From Bigelowiella natans CCMP2755 (Eukaryota > Protista > Cercozoa): DNA of 64,000 nt. Shown in pieces: positions 38,247 to 52,446 of the stretch. The stretch lies in assembly GCA_000320545.1 (NCBI GenBank), contig ADNK01001316.1:1-64000 (forward strand), read 5' to 3'. How positions within the stretch are numbered: position 1 is the first letter of the stretch; each line of letters opens with the position of its first letter. Both the position numbers and the translations under genes were made by a program. The notes under the pieces are model-generated. The model did not search any database and was not told the origin of the DNA. It worked only from the letters and a program-made list of their open reading frames with translations.

Positions 38247-41200
38247 ATGATCAAAGCGGAGACTGAAGAGAAAGAAGCAGCGGGAGGACAAATGATGGAT
38301 ACGAACCAGAGCAGTGAAGATGGAAAAAGTGTAAGAGCTGATGAAGTAGAGACAAAAAAGAATCTCACTGATTCGCAGTCAGGCTCTTTAACATCAAAGA
38401 GTTCCTTCTCAATTGGACAACGAGTCTTGGTTCATGGCCTCATGGGAGACACCGAATTCAATGGTATGAAAGCAATCGTCCGACGAATAAGAGAGAAAAA
38501 AGCATATCTCATGCTCGAAGCAGGTTGGTCATATTGCCAATGATACGGTATCGAATCCATGCTTTCAATAACACCCTTCTCGTTCGCAGATGGGAGGCTA
38601 ATTTACTGCAGCGTTGGCAACATTATCCAGGCATCTGGAGGACAAAAACGTAACACAAACCTTTTACCCTCAAAATATCTGTAAGTAACATTTCGAAAAA
38701 CTAAGATTGCATTTTCGATTCCAGCTGCTGAGGGTGAGACGGCAAAGGTTTCTGCACAGGAAGCACCATCAAGGAGCTCATCAGCTGTTCCTTCATACCT
38801 GCTAAGCGACGCATCTCAGAAGGTAATACATATTTAACATTCACCTTCCTTCGCGTGTGCCTAACAAATTCGCTACGAATATTCTGTCGTAGGTGGGCGC
38901 ATCAGCAGCAGAGAAGCTCTTCCAAGGGGCAAAATGGTTCGGGGCATCCCTGTACAAAAAGATTAGGTTGACTACGTGCTGCATCAATCAGAATTATAAT
39001 GTGCACCGCCGACGATAGCAATAATACTACTGCACTACTACCTCTACCCGTTGTCATTTCTGGTATCTTGCAGCAGAAGTAAGAAGTCGTCGAGTTTATG
39101 TAGTATTAATGGCACAAATTATTATTCTTACCATCACCATCATTATTGACAGCAATGAGACGCGAGTTTTCCAAGAATGGCAACTGGGCCTTTATCGGGT
39201 CTCGAATAGGTGGGTGGGATGTAATACGACGACGACGTCCAATCACCAGCAGCTCACTTAAAGATTAATGGGATTTTTCAACTACTTTCCGTCCGAGATA
39301 CATTACCATAAAATGCCTTCAATCATACCTCTCCCCACCCAATCACAGGATTCTGTGCATCCGTTTTCCTTCGTCTACTGGCTATGCGCTGAAGCCCATC
39401 GATAGTTTGGCACGGTAGTAGATTCTTGGTCATGCCATGGCTAAATATGCTAGGAAATGTAGTAGCGACCCTGCTTGTGCAATACAACATCACAGACGAA
39501 AATTCTCCCTTGCGCTAAATCACGTTTTTCTCGCATTCCTCCAGTCCGTTAATAAGCAAGCATCTCTGCTCATCTGTTGTTGTTGTTATTATTATTGTGA
39601 TTAAATCGTCGTCGTCGTTCTCATCATCAGGTGGCTTGATGGTAACTTCAAAGGCAGATACATGGTGTGGAATCTCTCCCAGAAGCCGTATGACTATAAA
39701 AAATTTGGCAACCAGGTAGTAGTTGGTACACTCAGTGTTATTATTCCCTTCAATTTTCCAACCGCCCACTTGGTATCATTCGTTGGGTGTGGTTGGGTGG
39801 CATTGGTGGTGGTGGTGGTGGTGAGGATGATGATCATGATGATGAAGAAGACGACGATGGTGATGACGATGATGACGATGATGACTCAGTAGTAGATCTG
39901 AATTGGTAGGTTGTTGAGATACGGCCAAGTTCATCAGGCGCATTGTCAGTACAGGTACCAACTGGCTGCCTGAGAGACCAGAGAGTATAAATAGCAATAC
40001 TGCGATAAGTAACACACAAAAGAGAGCGTTTGATACATTGTTATGAACAATTAATAATGTTGTTGTTGCTGCCGGTCTCTTCCTCTGTCTTACTTCTCAC
40101 GTTGGAAGATGCTATTTGGGTTCGTAAAGTCTATTCATTCGTGGCTATTGATGGATGACACTAATGTGTCAGTGATACACTGCCAAGATGGAGGGGTAAA
40201 AAGCATAAATCTCGCCGAGCAAGCTGCTGCAGCTCAATCAACACTCACTCCCTGAATCGAAGAGTTGCGATGCTGTTTTCGTAGGGAACCTCCATGTGTG
40301 CGTTGGCGTGTTACTTGTTGTGGAGCAAGGACTTCAGCTCACTGAATCAGGCGTTCCACTACGTCGAGCAATGCAAAGGTAATGGCGGCGTTCTCCTGTA
40401 CTAAAGGAGGAGGAGAGGGGGGGGGGGAGGAATCGTTTATCATGATCATTTAAGAGGGATGGTGCCATTCTCCTCCTTTATTATCAGGCGTCAAGTGCAA
40501 AGAGGTGGTCTCGGCTACGCAACTCCGCAACGCCCGTTACTTCGAAAAGGTGTATCATTATTGTTCAAATGTAGCGATTCTTGTTACTTCACCGCAGGCC
40601 GAAACGGCAGCGAGGACACCGGCAAAGCGCCATTAGAGCGTGAAACAAAAACCATGCATGTTTTTGCCGGAGGGCAACTTCCCAGGAGAGAATGTTGTCT
40701 GAAATTTATCTGCTGATATCTCTTCGATTCAATGCATACACAAATAGGTGCTGCAGTCTGGCCCATCATGCGTGTCGCGAGGCGGCCTGGTGCTTAGACG
40801 CGTTCTAATGCACACAGTGCCAAAATTCTCGCCCAACCAATCTTGCAAACCGTACATCCAGGTAGCAGTAGTATTTGAAGAAAAGGAAGATGAATCATCA
40901 TCATCATCATCATCATGGTTAATGATAACAACTGTAATAAAAAATAATCAACCATTGAAGAAGAGGAGGAATAAGAAGTACCTGTACATATGAAGAACAC
41001 ATGTCGATGTACAAGAAAGAAGATCAACCTGCTACACCTATTCTCATAGCTTCCTCGGTACAAAGGTCTTGACCAATGGCAAAGCTATATATACGGGAGC
41101 GGAGATGGGGTCGCGCAAAGTGAGAGAATGCTTGCAGGAACAAGGTGTTTGCTGCTGCTGCTGCTGCTGCATCGAGATGAGTTATAGTACAGATTTTTGA

Positions 41201-42702
41201 CGATTCATCAAACATTCGTTGATTTAACATCACTACCATTACCTCCATACTACCATCACCGTCATCATCATCATCATCATCATCATCATCACAGGGGACC
41301 TTTGCTTTCCAATCGAAAAAGAAGTCAGAGGGGAGTTTGTGGTACGTACTACGACGAGTTCTTTACGATGAATGATGATTCTAGTTGGTTGGGAGAGCGG
41401 AATGTTAATATCCTCCTCCTCCTCCTCCCCCCCCCCCCTCCTCTCTGCTTGTTTTCCCAAGATTCAAGTGTGCCACTGTATCAACAAGACGCAGGCGGGT
41501 GAGCAGCTTTTGCCAGTTGCAGCAATACAAGGAATCTTGGGTTCTGACGAATTATATGTGTGTGTTTTATGGTGATTCAGTGTGTATGTTCCGCATCTGT
41601 TTGGACACCGCATTTATCCAAGGTAGAGGAATTTAGCCCAGGGGCGGGGGGGGGGGGGTGGGAGGTGAGTCTAGTTCAATGAGAGTAATGTTGATATTAT
41701 GGGATTGGATTGAATTATTCGTTCCTTCATCATCAACAATCCCTGTCGTTTGTCGTAGAAGGAGTAAAGAGAATCGATGTAGGGGATGCGGAAATATCAA
41801 AGAAGCATGACCATAGGGTGGGTGAGCAGGCAACACGTGAGAGGCGCCATGACGACTGCACACACGCGCGCGCGTACACACACACACACACATGAGAAAA
41901 ACAGGCTCGCACAAACAGCAGTAGCTTTTGGGGAAAGGGCTATCACAACATCGCTGCTCATCACAGTTAATCGTTATGATGTTTTTGCACGCAGTTTCAT
42001 GAGGATTGGTATGTAGACTTGATTTTCAAGAGCACTGCCGACAACGACGACTCAAATGGGGGAAGGGGCCAGAAAACAGCTGTGTTATCCGAAAATGGCG
42101 AAGAGACTCGTGGCAACACAAGCGACGAGAAGGGGAAGAATCCACAACAACACCAACATCATCATCAACTGGAAAAGGATGCAAAGGATGGGCTACAAGA
42201 CAGCAGTAGTACTAACGCTGCGACATCATTGCCGACACGCCACTGGTCCGATAATATACTGCTTGAGCCAACCAAAAGGCTGCACGAGGAATACAGGTTA
42301 CTGAGAGCTGAAATCCCTCCCGACGAGGACTGCGTGAAGGGAGCAACTCTTGGTTCTGATGCTGCTACTGCTAGCAGTGCATCAGGGCTAGAAAACAAAA
42401 ATGCATTTAGTACTGAGAAGAAGGGGAGGAATCGAATATTAACGTCTCCGGACAGCAGAGCGAGTGAAAGGCTTCTGACGGATATTGACAAGGATTTGGA
42501 AGATCTCAGAGCACTCCATTCTGGGAGCATATCTCCCACCACCAAGGACACGTCCCAGATTCTTGACAGTAGTAGCTTGGATGCCGAACTTCTAGGCATC
42601 AGGACGGGTGCGGATCCAAAAGATATTTTCCTCGAAGATGACATGGATGACGACGAACTCCTTAAACAACTACAGGCAGAGTTAGAAGAGTCGAGTATAT
42701 AG
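38247..42702 (+). CDS. PTEN/tensin/auxilin-like pseudophosphatase with C2 domain, N-terminal SH3-like module and acidic tail
   Basis: YMVWNLSQKPYDYKKFGNQV, SIHSWLLMDDTNVSVIHCQDGG/GTS and LVLRRVLMHTVPKF (C2). N-terminal IGQRVLVHGL...FNGMKAIV. Last exon ends at 42702. Confidence 0.8.
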
Positions 42703-42998
42703 GCTCGCACAATACTAGTCTCTATCTTATTTCTGTATGTATATCTTACATAAGACATTTTACTCATGCAATCAGTAGCAGCAACTAACATAGCTAGATA
42801 GCGTCACTGCGCAGCGCTGAAATTGTCAAATTAAACACATACATGCATGATGCATGCATGCAGCACACCTGATACTAGCCTGGCGCATGCTAGCATGCGC
42901 AAGAATCGCTATGCTGGTTGGACAATCCTCAGACGCGCGACATCTGGGCATGTAAGTAAATATGCATGCCTCTGTATGTGGTGTGACATACGATACGT

Positions 42999-43079
42999 GT
43001 GAGACGGATGTGTGATGATCAATCAAATCTTATCAATGGTCATCCTACAGTGGCCATGCAAAGCAGTGGTGATAGCACT
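42999..43079 (-). repeat. Dispersed spacer element A
   Basis: Reverse complement ...TAGGATGACCATTGATAAGATTTGATTGATCATCACACATCCGTCTCAC. Confidence 0.85.
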
Positions 43080-43334
43080 CATTGTACGTACGCATTTGTT
43101 TCAGTTGTGATGTCTTTCATGCATGACGCATGCACACGCAACATTTAATACTGACTTGCGCAAACATTGCGCAGACCTGAGCTAGCATGTGTACCCGGTC
43201 ATTGTTAGATTGCTAGCTAGACATTGCATTGAAATTTCAGAAAATTGTGTTGTGTTCAATGCAGCTACAGCAGGAAACTTGGCTCCCATAGACACGATTA
43301 ATGCTCTCAGGCTACTCCGACATCCTCACTGGCC

Positions 43335-44250
43335 CTAGATGGGGACGCAGTTCGGTCGCCTCAACCTCGCCAATCGCCGCAACCCCTTTTCATCTTCCAC
43401 ACAGACGATGAAGTAGGAAGGTTGCAAAGTTCGAGGTAGTGGAGAGGAGCATTTGGGAATGGACGGAACTTGTGTACTAGTAGGTCTACATGTACATGTA
43501 GCATGTCCCCACAGCCCTCGGAGAGAATTATGAAAGCAAAAATGAACGGAAGAGACAATTCACACTAGAGCTGTAGTTGTAACTGCCACGTGGTAAGAAG
43601 CTCGAAGTCTGTCAGCGGGCAGTCTTAGACATTCTAAGCTACCCATATCCATGTCGCAGCCGTGTATTCCCCTTTGTCCGTTGCCGTTTCCGCAGGAGGT
43701 GATTCGAATGAGCTCACTTTCTGTGCAGGTAGTAACAGAAGAGGAAAGCCGTTGCCGTAACATAATTAAATCGGTGTAGGGACGATGTCGCAGGTAGAAA
43801 TTCCCTTCCAATCGCGGAAGGAATAACGAGACCTGTACCGGTAGGATCCAACCTGGGCACCTCAGCGACCGGGAAACCAGACTTGGGTAGGAGGCACAGG
43901 GGAACAGGCGTCCGAGCCTTCTTGTCATAACCTGGGTGTCCTTGGTGTACTGGAGCTTCAAAAGGTTGTATGTCTCTTCCGTGAATTGCCACCTAGCAGT
44001 TCTCCGGGATTTCTTGTGCACCTGTTGTCCTTATCACGTGGAAGTTGTAGCTGACAGAAACAAACTCGATAACGTTGTTTTGGCTTGTTCAAGTTGTTAA
44101 CACGCTTGTCACAAGCCTATGATCGAGTTATCCTACGTTAGTGAACTTACAATATCGTTGACCTGAACACCACAGGATTTGTGGATCTTTGCTTTGAAGC
44201 TCAACAACAGAGTATCGAAATACGAGCAGCACTTTTATTGCCTCTTCTTC
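43335..44250 (-). CDS. Possible small hypothetical multi-exon gene
   Basis: Coding-like composition with candidate GT-AG exons (VAIHGRDIQPFEAP..., ESELIRITSCG...). No recognised motif and boundaries uncertain. Confidence 0.3.
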
Positions 44251-44329
44251 ATATACGATGTTCTTGATCCTCTTACCGGGATAAAGAGGATATTTCAGCA
44301 GCCAGAACAGCCCGTATTAGCAACGATAC

Positions 44330-47300
44330 ATGGGGAGCGAGCTCTCCAGCCCTAAAGCAGGGCAAGATGTAGTGAAACGAGAGGGGTGGCTAACGAAGAA
44401 GGGAGGATGGAGAAATACGGGCACGAAAAGACATCATATCAAGTCATGGAAAAAACGATACTTTGTCCTCTGGTATTTTGACTGTTAACGCCACACTTGG
44501 CAAATGAATAGATTGAATAAACTATTTCTTGTCTACTATCGCGCAGGAACGAACAACTAAGCTATTATGCTTCGAAGAGTGCGTTTCATAAGCACCTCAA
44601 ACCAATGGGTGACGTGAAACTACAGCCTTAATGGAACTTGTCCCTATTTTCTTCGTGTTTATTTGAATGTTAATTTGAAACGGGACCACCCCCATTCAGG
44701 CACACTATCGTTGAATCCTGATAGTGCTGTGAGGGATGGAGAAGAATATAGACACATGCAAATGGACCTCAAAGGGAAAAGCTTAACGGGGAAAATGAAA
44801 CGAAAGCTTAAAATTAGTCGTGTGAAGCATGAATTAGTGGTGTGTGGCTTCGAAGGCAACCTTATGCTTCGGTTAGTATGAAAAATGTTTGATCTTCCTC
44901 CCATCCCGTCCCTAAAACTATTGCTACTTCTTCTCGTACTACTTGCTACTATGATGATAATGTGATAATGATAACGACAGTCATTTCTTATCAACTATCA
45001 CATTAATATTGAAATTATTTCAATATCAACAATACTGCAGCCACAAATGCCACACACTCGCTAACACTAAAAGTGCCAGTACAGTTCAACTACAATTACC
45101 TTCACAAAGAGATGAATTTCTGTCCTACTTGATATGCATCCAACTGTTGCAATTAGGGCTGACACTAAAAGGGCAAAGGAACAGTGGCTAGTAGATATTA
45201 GAACCATAATTGCTGGAATAAAAGTCACGAAGTCTTCTTCGTTTCAGAATCTATTAATCTCATTCTCAAGAAACTCAGGCGAGAAGAAGCTTGAATCAAG
45301 CAGTGCGGATGATACCAAAACACTGACTAACGTGGAGGTTATAAAGGAAGAAAATGAAGAAGCCAACAGCTCTAGTAGCAGAAATAGACGTAGCAGAAAT
45401 GATTCTAGTGAGGAAAGGAACAATGCGGAAATGCTGACCTTGGAGGAGCTCGTTGTTAAGCTTCTTTGCTCGAGACCCGGGTAATATGAGAGAACAGGGG
45501 ATATGTAAAAAAGTATGGTGGAGACGAAGAAATTGGTTATTGACTTCATGCAAGGCAAAGATTGATTAGAGAACCATGTCTAAATTGTACATCCTCACCC
45601 TCATCATCATCATCATCATCATCATCGTATTTGTGGTCAATTTTCGACTTTGTAGAAAATCTGATATAGCTGGAAGGTCTTGGCACGAGTTTCTAATTCA
45701 CACACACGTTGTCTTCTCGGAATCCCACGGTATAAATCACACTTCCAGATCACTTGCCCCCCTCCTGATCAAAACCTGTGTCTTCTTCCCTGTCGTGATA
45801 CTCCTACCACTACCAGAGGTGGCAAGGTTGCTAGTTAAATATATGGTTAGACCGCCGCGTACCTTTAGATCTCACAAGGGAAAGTTCCAAGAGATTGTCA
45901 TTCACCTACTGGAAAAGTGGCTCGATGAGGCTAGCGACGACATAGAAAAGTATTAATCAGCGCCTGGTTAAAGAGAGGGGGGGGTATTCAGAAGCACTAC
46001 AACATCATTCGTTTTCAGCGTTGGAAAGAGCATGCATTGTTTGTGCTGGTATCAGACGTAGATTTCGGGCAATTCTTATATCACAGCACGCAAGAAGATA
46101 ATATGATATTCAAACTAATTAGCGTGGACGCAAGCATATTCGAGACTGCAACATTGACGATTCACGAAGACTGCCAAGAACGGTGGGGAGAGAAGACATG
46201 CGTTTTTCTTTTGCAGCTATTGCCCGACAAATGCCTCTTCATTCCTCTTCTACGATGGTGATGTGTCGTCTTCGTCGTCATCGTCCTCTTTAGATTCCTC
46301 AAAGTAGTGGAGAGAATACAAAGACTCCACAGCATGGGCCAGATGCATATGATATCAGACAGCTCAATCAACACGTATTCTCGTAGTGAGAGGGGAGAGG
46401 CAGACCAGGACTTTGGTACCGTTGTCTTACTTTCTACTAACTTGCGTTTTGTCACCACGCGTGAGGGCAAAACGGTGTGGTGTAGGTGAGGGTGTTTTTC
46501 AATGATCGATTATTGCTGATGATTCTGATTCTGACGTCAGTTGATAAAACCGAGTCTCTCTCGCTCGAGCCGACATCGTCCTCTTCCACATTGCGGAGAC
46601 CCAAAGCTAATGGCGAGAGCAGGAGGGAAACCGTTCGGAGAGTCACTGTCAACGAGAAGAAATTAGGCTACTTCTTCAAGAAATTCTGCCCTGAAATAAT
46701 GGATATTAGGTCACTGAGCGTTGCCACCATCAGCAGTAGCACCTTGCCTGCGTCAATATTGGACTCCCATCTCTCATGTTGACGGTGGTGTTACTGCTTG
46801 CTGCTTTGCAAAAATCCTCCTCCTTCTTCCAGAAATTATGACGTAGAACAAGTGTGCGACACGCTGATGCACGTTGACCACAATCTCATAAAATCGATAA
46901 GTCCGAGATCGTTTATGAAGAAACTTTGGAAGAACAAGGTGAGCCTCATTGTCGATGATGATGATTCCTCTTCCTCGATTATCATCATCTTCTTCACCAT
47001 TCAAATGGCGCTGGCTTATGCTGTCTATGTGTTTCAGAATGCCGGATTCTTGTGCCCTGATTTAATGCACGCAATAGCAACGTGGAATAAGCGGTGTTAT
47101 TGGGTGGCGACAGCGGTACGATGAAAAGAAAAGAGTAGTAATCGAAACCTTCCGATTTTTGACTGGCCAAGAAAGCCATTGCCTCGGCCTCCTCCTCCTC
47201 CTCCTCCTCCTCCTCCTCCTCCTCTCGTAATCCCTGAGGCCATCTTTCTTTCATCATCAGATTCTCAACGACGACTTAGGAAAGAACGGGACGGTGAATC

Positions 47301-47545
47301 TCTTTGCGAAGAAGTGTAAAGAGTTTATAAAGCAGTTTATAGATATTGGCTGTGCCTGCGTCCAGAGAGGGAACTTCTACTGTGCTTCTTGCATAATATG
47401 TGCGCTCAAGTTGCAGGTCTGACGATGATGAATGCGAAAGAATGTGAAACGACGTTTACGTGAAGGGAGGCCATCATAATCATCACCGTCATGTGTTCAT
47501 CCGCAGCGTCATCTTCCTTCACCCCTAAGCATAGGGGATGTTCCT

Positions 47546-47589
<44 letters not shown>

Positions 47590-47937
47590 AAAAAAAAAAA
47601 AAAAAATGCGATTCATCGATATCTTTAGTGCGTTAAACGTTTCAAGCCTGCGTGGGATCTGCTAAGCAAGCACTCGAGAAAGAACATGGAATTCCTGGAA
47701 GAGGCCTGCTCAAGGTTGCTTGTCACATATATCACCAGTAGCCGACATGACGGTTTCATTCTTGGGCTGCAGAACATAACATAAGTTGTAAACACACATG
47801 ATGTTGGTACCGTCCTCCTCCTACTCGACAGAAAGTCTTACTGGGATCGATTCGGCAAAGCCCAAAGAGAAGATGAAATTCATATTCCTCACCTACCGCT
47901 CTACTTAGACGCCCTTTACCAAATTGAGGTAGTGAAC

Positions 47938-47971
<34 letters not shown>

Positions 47972-48306
47972 GATTTGTCAATAAATTGGAAAGGGGGGAA
48001 GGACACCGAGATTGTGTAGCTTCCTTGCCTGTTGTGTGCTCGAGACACCTGCAATAAATCACTCTTCCTCAGGTCAAATTTTGCAAAGATAAACACGGAA
48101 AAATCAATCTCACAAAATATAAGCGACAATGGGACTTGATCTCGGGGGTCATTAAAACCCAGAAACACGCCGAGCATACTGGTGATAAAGATGATGAGTT
48201 AGTCTCCGCCCTTTCTTCCGCGGTGCACTGGGCGTTTACAGAGGAGAAGTTGTACGCTATATCTTATAAGTATCTTCCAAGGTCTCAGACACAGGCCTCT
48301 TCTTAA
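44330..48306 (+). CDS. PH-domain Ras guanine-nucleotide exchange factor (PH-REM-CDC25), probably N-myristoylated
   Basis: MGSELS (MGxxxS), VKREGWLTKKGG...SWKKRYFVL (PH), TLEELVVKL...LLEKWLDE (REM), WNKRCYWVATA and EEKLYAISYKYLPR (CDC25 end). Confidence 0.85.
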
Positions 48307-48745
48307 ACGTGTGGATCTAGTGTATTAGTATTGCTCATCTAGAAAGCCATTTCAATCAACTTAGTAGGATTGCGTCATATGCATCATGTGAGTTCATATT
48401 CACGGCGGCTTTATTGCATTGAAACTTAATGCGATCGCAAGATATAAACACTGGAAATCGCATTATATTTGTTGGCACGTTAGCATGGCGAGCACGCACG
48501 CAGCTTGTTACGATGCGGCGCACTGTCCGCACTGTGCACGTGTGCAGTCGCTTCCATGGCGTGTTGCCGCTTTCGTTTGTCATGATACTGTCATCTAGTC
48601 ATGTATCGCATGCCTATAGAATGATGACAGGAACTATGATGAATCATGAATGCACAGCATTGCATGCGCACATTGAATAAATAACGAGGTTTAGTCAATG
48701 ACTAGCTCTGCTGTGACGACCGCCCCGCCGCGCGTGTAATTTGAC

Positions 48746-48812
48746 AGCTACGACGCTTAGATAGAATGGCAATTGAAAAGATTTAGCATCACTTCATTAC
48801 GCACGTCTCATA
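48746..48812 (+). repeat. Dispersed spacer element A (degenerate)
   Basis: AGCTAC...TAGAATGGCAATTGAAAAGATTTAGCATCACTTCATTACGCACGTCTCATA. Confidence 0.75.
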
Positions 48813-49133
48813 TTAGTAAATTGCCCGCTAACTACTGCTATATTCAGAAACACAATGAACACTAGCCATATGAAGCATAGTTTTTTTTTGTACTACATGC
48901 ATATTCTGTCTCATACCCATCATACAATGGCGGCGCATGAATTTACATTATAGCTATGCAAAATATCACTAGGTGCGCAAAAGTAAGGCATCGTTGTTTC
49001 ATGAGAAAACAATCTAGCCTGCTGACGACCACAGAGTTACGAGTCTAAAATTTAGCGTGATAATAGCATTTTCATTAATAAATAAATGTCGCAAGAAATT
49101 AAGTTGTTTTGTAACAGAGAGGTTCGGCTTGAG

Positions 49134-50051
49134 CTAAATAATATTCTGTACTGATCTTTGACGAACTTCAGATCCACCAAGTTTTACATCGCCATCTTCT
49201 TTTCTTCTCCTTTTTTTGCAAAACCCACAGGTAACTCTGTTCGTCTGGCTGACGAGTGGGTCCTTCTCGTCATCATCACCAGCATATTTGACCTGTATTG
49301 AATGAAAGGAACGTCACGACGGGTTGGGAAGGCGCGCGTTCTGACACTAAAGATACTGCCGCTACCTCTTCAAATATCTGTTTTTTGTAGGCTTTTGTTC
49401 GCTCCGGGTCCAGAAAGTAGTTTATCACCATGTCACACACCAAAGTTGCTACGCCTAATAAACCTAAGAGCGATAGGGGATGCAGCACGGAGGCAGCAAA
49501 TTGTCAGATTACTGCTTTTGTTATGGCAGATAACGGCACATCGCTATGAGCACGCAGACATTCTGCCATTGTCTGGCAGGTGGGTTTGCTGCAAAGTATT
49601 CATGAGAAAACAGCGAAGCGGTGGGGGGGGGGGGGACGCCACGGCTGCAATAAGTAATACGAGCAATGACGAACCTGCTCCCGCGCCGAGGGTGACAAGA
49701 AGAGCTACCGGGTCAAACTTTCCAGCTTGCCCAGAAAATCCGAAGATGAATCGCAGGCCATACCTGGATATATCCACGCCAGCGGAACGCAACAGCATGC
49801 CAACATTGATGAGAGGACACCGACGACGAGCAAATCGATACGCTCTCCAACGCGCACGCTGCCGGCTCAAACAGAGGCATGTTGCCACGCAGCTGAGATG
49901 CGGCGGGGGGAAGGATGGCCATACCGTTTCTTGAGGTTTCGTTCGGTTGCGGTCGTGTGCGAGTCCGTCGTGTACCTAAGATGATGACGACGACAACAAT
50001 TGCAACTGCCATGAGGAGAACGATGACAATGGCTTCTTCGACGGCGTGGAA

Positions 50052-50092
<41 letters not shown>

Positions 50093-51313
50093 ATCCATGA
50101 GGTTGGATGCTGGATGAGGATCATACGTTGCTTCTCGATAGTTGAATCCGTAACTTGCAGATCCCGGTATGTCTAGTCGAGACATTTTCACGTCCGGCAT
50201 GCACTCTGTATGTTATTGCGACTATTATCATCATTTGCAGAAGTTGAAAAGAAGTAGTGCGGATTGTCGTCGTGGAGGCTCGTTAGCGTTTAACGTTTCC
50301 GAAAAGAGGCACTCATGACTCAAAAAAGATATTGATCATAATGAATATACTGCAACATGGAGGACAACCGAAGTTATCTCTGCATGAAGGAGGGGGGAAA
50401 CAGCACATCGCCCTGTTATCGATATAGCCTAGAACGTATGATCTTGGCATATTTTATGTTATTACTGACTCGTTGGATCGTCCAGGTTGCAATCGAAGTG
50501 AAAATTCACGGCAAACACACCACCTGAGAGATCATCAGTCGGAGATACGACGAATCCAAATATCAGATGCGGTACATGACAAACGTGACATGTAGCGTGC
50601 GCGCGTTTATATATATAGCAGGCAGTCATCTCGTTTTGCCGGCTCGATCGTGGAGACCATTGTTTTTACATGATATATCGGTAATTGGCTGTTGGCTGCC
50701 CGCTTGTGTTCCGCACTCTTCTACACCTACACGCATCCTATCTAATATGACCTTTCGCAGCGGTTGCATTGTAGCTGTACCCGGTTTTCTTTAAGATGTC
50801 TTCTACTTTGAACAGATTCTTTCCGAGCTCGATCTCGTCTCTTGCATTGGAGTAAGACGCACCGAATTTGGGGAACTTCACATCGGATCGGAGCAGAATT
50901 GTCCAGTCCCCGATGTTGTTTATGATGTTTCCCTTGTACTCTAGAAGTAGCATAACGGCAGCAGCAGCAGCAACAACAACAACAACACAGCAGCAGCAGT
51001 AGAGGCGGAGCAAAGGGAAGAGAAAATTTGCGATTAAACTCTAGACGAAGGACTCTGACGTATTATGAAGCGGGTTCTGGCTGTGTGCTATTAGGAAGTA
51101 CGAGATATGCCATGGAAGAATAAGTGAACGCTACTACTGCTGCTGCTGCTACTACTACTACAATAACAACAACTACTTTTATTAATATTCTCCACGGGGC
51201 ACCAGCCTTCAACTTCGCAATATTGAGAATTTGGGAAACATCGCCCAGTCAGCCTCCCGTTGTCCGTAAACTAAGAGTTTATCACAGAGATGAGGCGACA
51301 TCAATACTCTTGC

Positions 51314-51350
<37 letters not shown>

Positions 51351-52446
51351 GAATTCTTTTTTTTAGACTAAGAGGAAGATGATTAACTACGCCTTCTTCA
51401 GAGATTGTGAGCGATCATCATCATCATATATCACCTTCCCCATCTCGCATCCCTTGCTGCAGAGGCCGTCATCTTCAGATCCATTACATATCTCTGTGGT
51501 AATAACACCAGCAAGCAGCAGCAGAGGGAGGGGGAGGAGGACGAGGACAAAATGAAATGATCATCCTTACTATCAGCGCTCCTATGAACGCTCCGGGATG
51601 ATATGACAATAATTTATCGAATAAACATGCGCATCAGCGGCAGCAACCCGTGACCTCTTCATTTGGTCGCACATATTACCTCGAGTCTGGTTACTTGTTA
51701 ACCAGTAGTTGGTTGTAATGAAGAGCTCCCCCGGTTGAATGGCCGGTACCACCTGAGTAAAATTGTGGAGGAATCAATGCTGGCTAAGTAACATCGTGAA
51801 ACGGGCAGCGGCATTATGCCAGGGAAATTAGAAGTTGAAAGAAGGTGCGGTAGCAAGTCGGTCGCAGCATCGATCACATCTCCATGTAAACGAATATACT
51901 GTTCCGTGTACCAGATCGTAAGAGTCGAATATCATTCCTGTATTAGAGATACCAGACCCCTTTACCTGAGGTATCATAGGACACACGATGAAGCCTATGT
52001 GACTAATATTTCATGAAACGTTCTTATTTTCATCGTACGGCGGTTACGGACGGCACATGCAACAACTGTGATTGAACGTACTTTGAGAGTTGCTGTTCCT
52101 TGGACTTCATCAAAAGTCTGTTCAACAACGTTTAATTAAAAAATAGAAGGCAGCAAAATTATTGACAAATCTGCCGATTCGACGCAGTGCATTGCGGCAA
52201 CAGCAAACATAATCACTAAGTGTGCGCAGTCGCTCTTTTAACCTGGTAGCCCTTGTGTAGCCAAACTGATACGAGCGACACGTAGGTCAAAATCGAGAAA
52301 ATTAGCGTGTAGTGAAGGAGCGCAAGGCATGTATTCGGTATTTGCGCAAAGCGCACCTACATAGGAACAGAAGCATCGTTTTGAGGACCCAAAAATATCA
52401 TGTGCTTTTCTAGAATCGCCCATACCGTGTTATACATGAGTCCCAT
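49134..52446 (-). CDS. P2X: P2X purinergic receptor (ATP-gated ion channel)
   Basis: Spliced: YNTVR, TM1...HKGYQ, TLK/VKG, ELFITTN...NQT, CEVEGWCPVE, GFNYREA, RNLKKR/YGLRFIF, GQAGKFD and TM2 GAGLLGVATLVCD. Confidence 0.93.
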
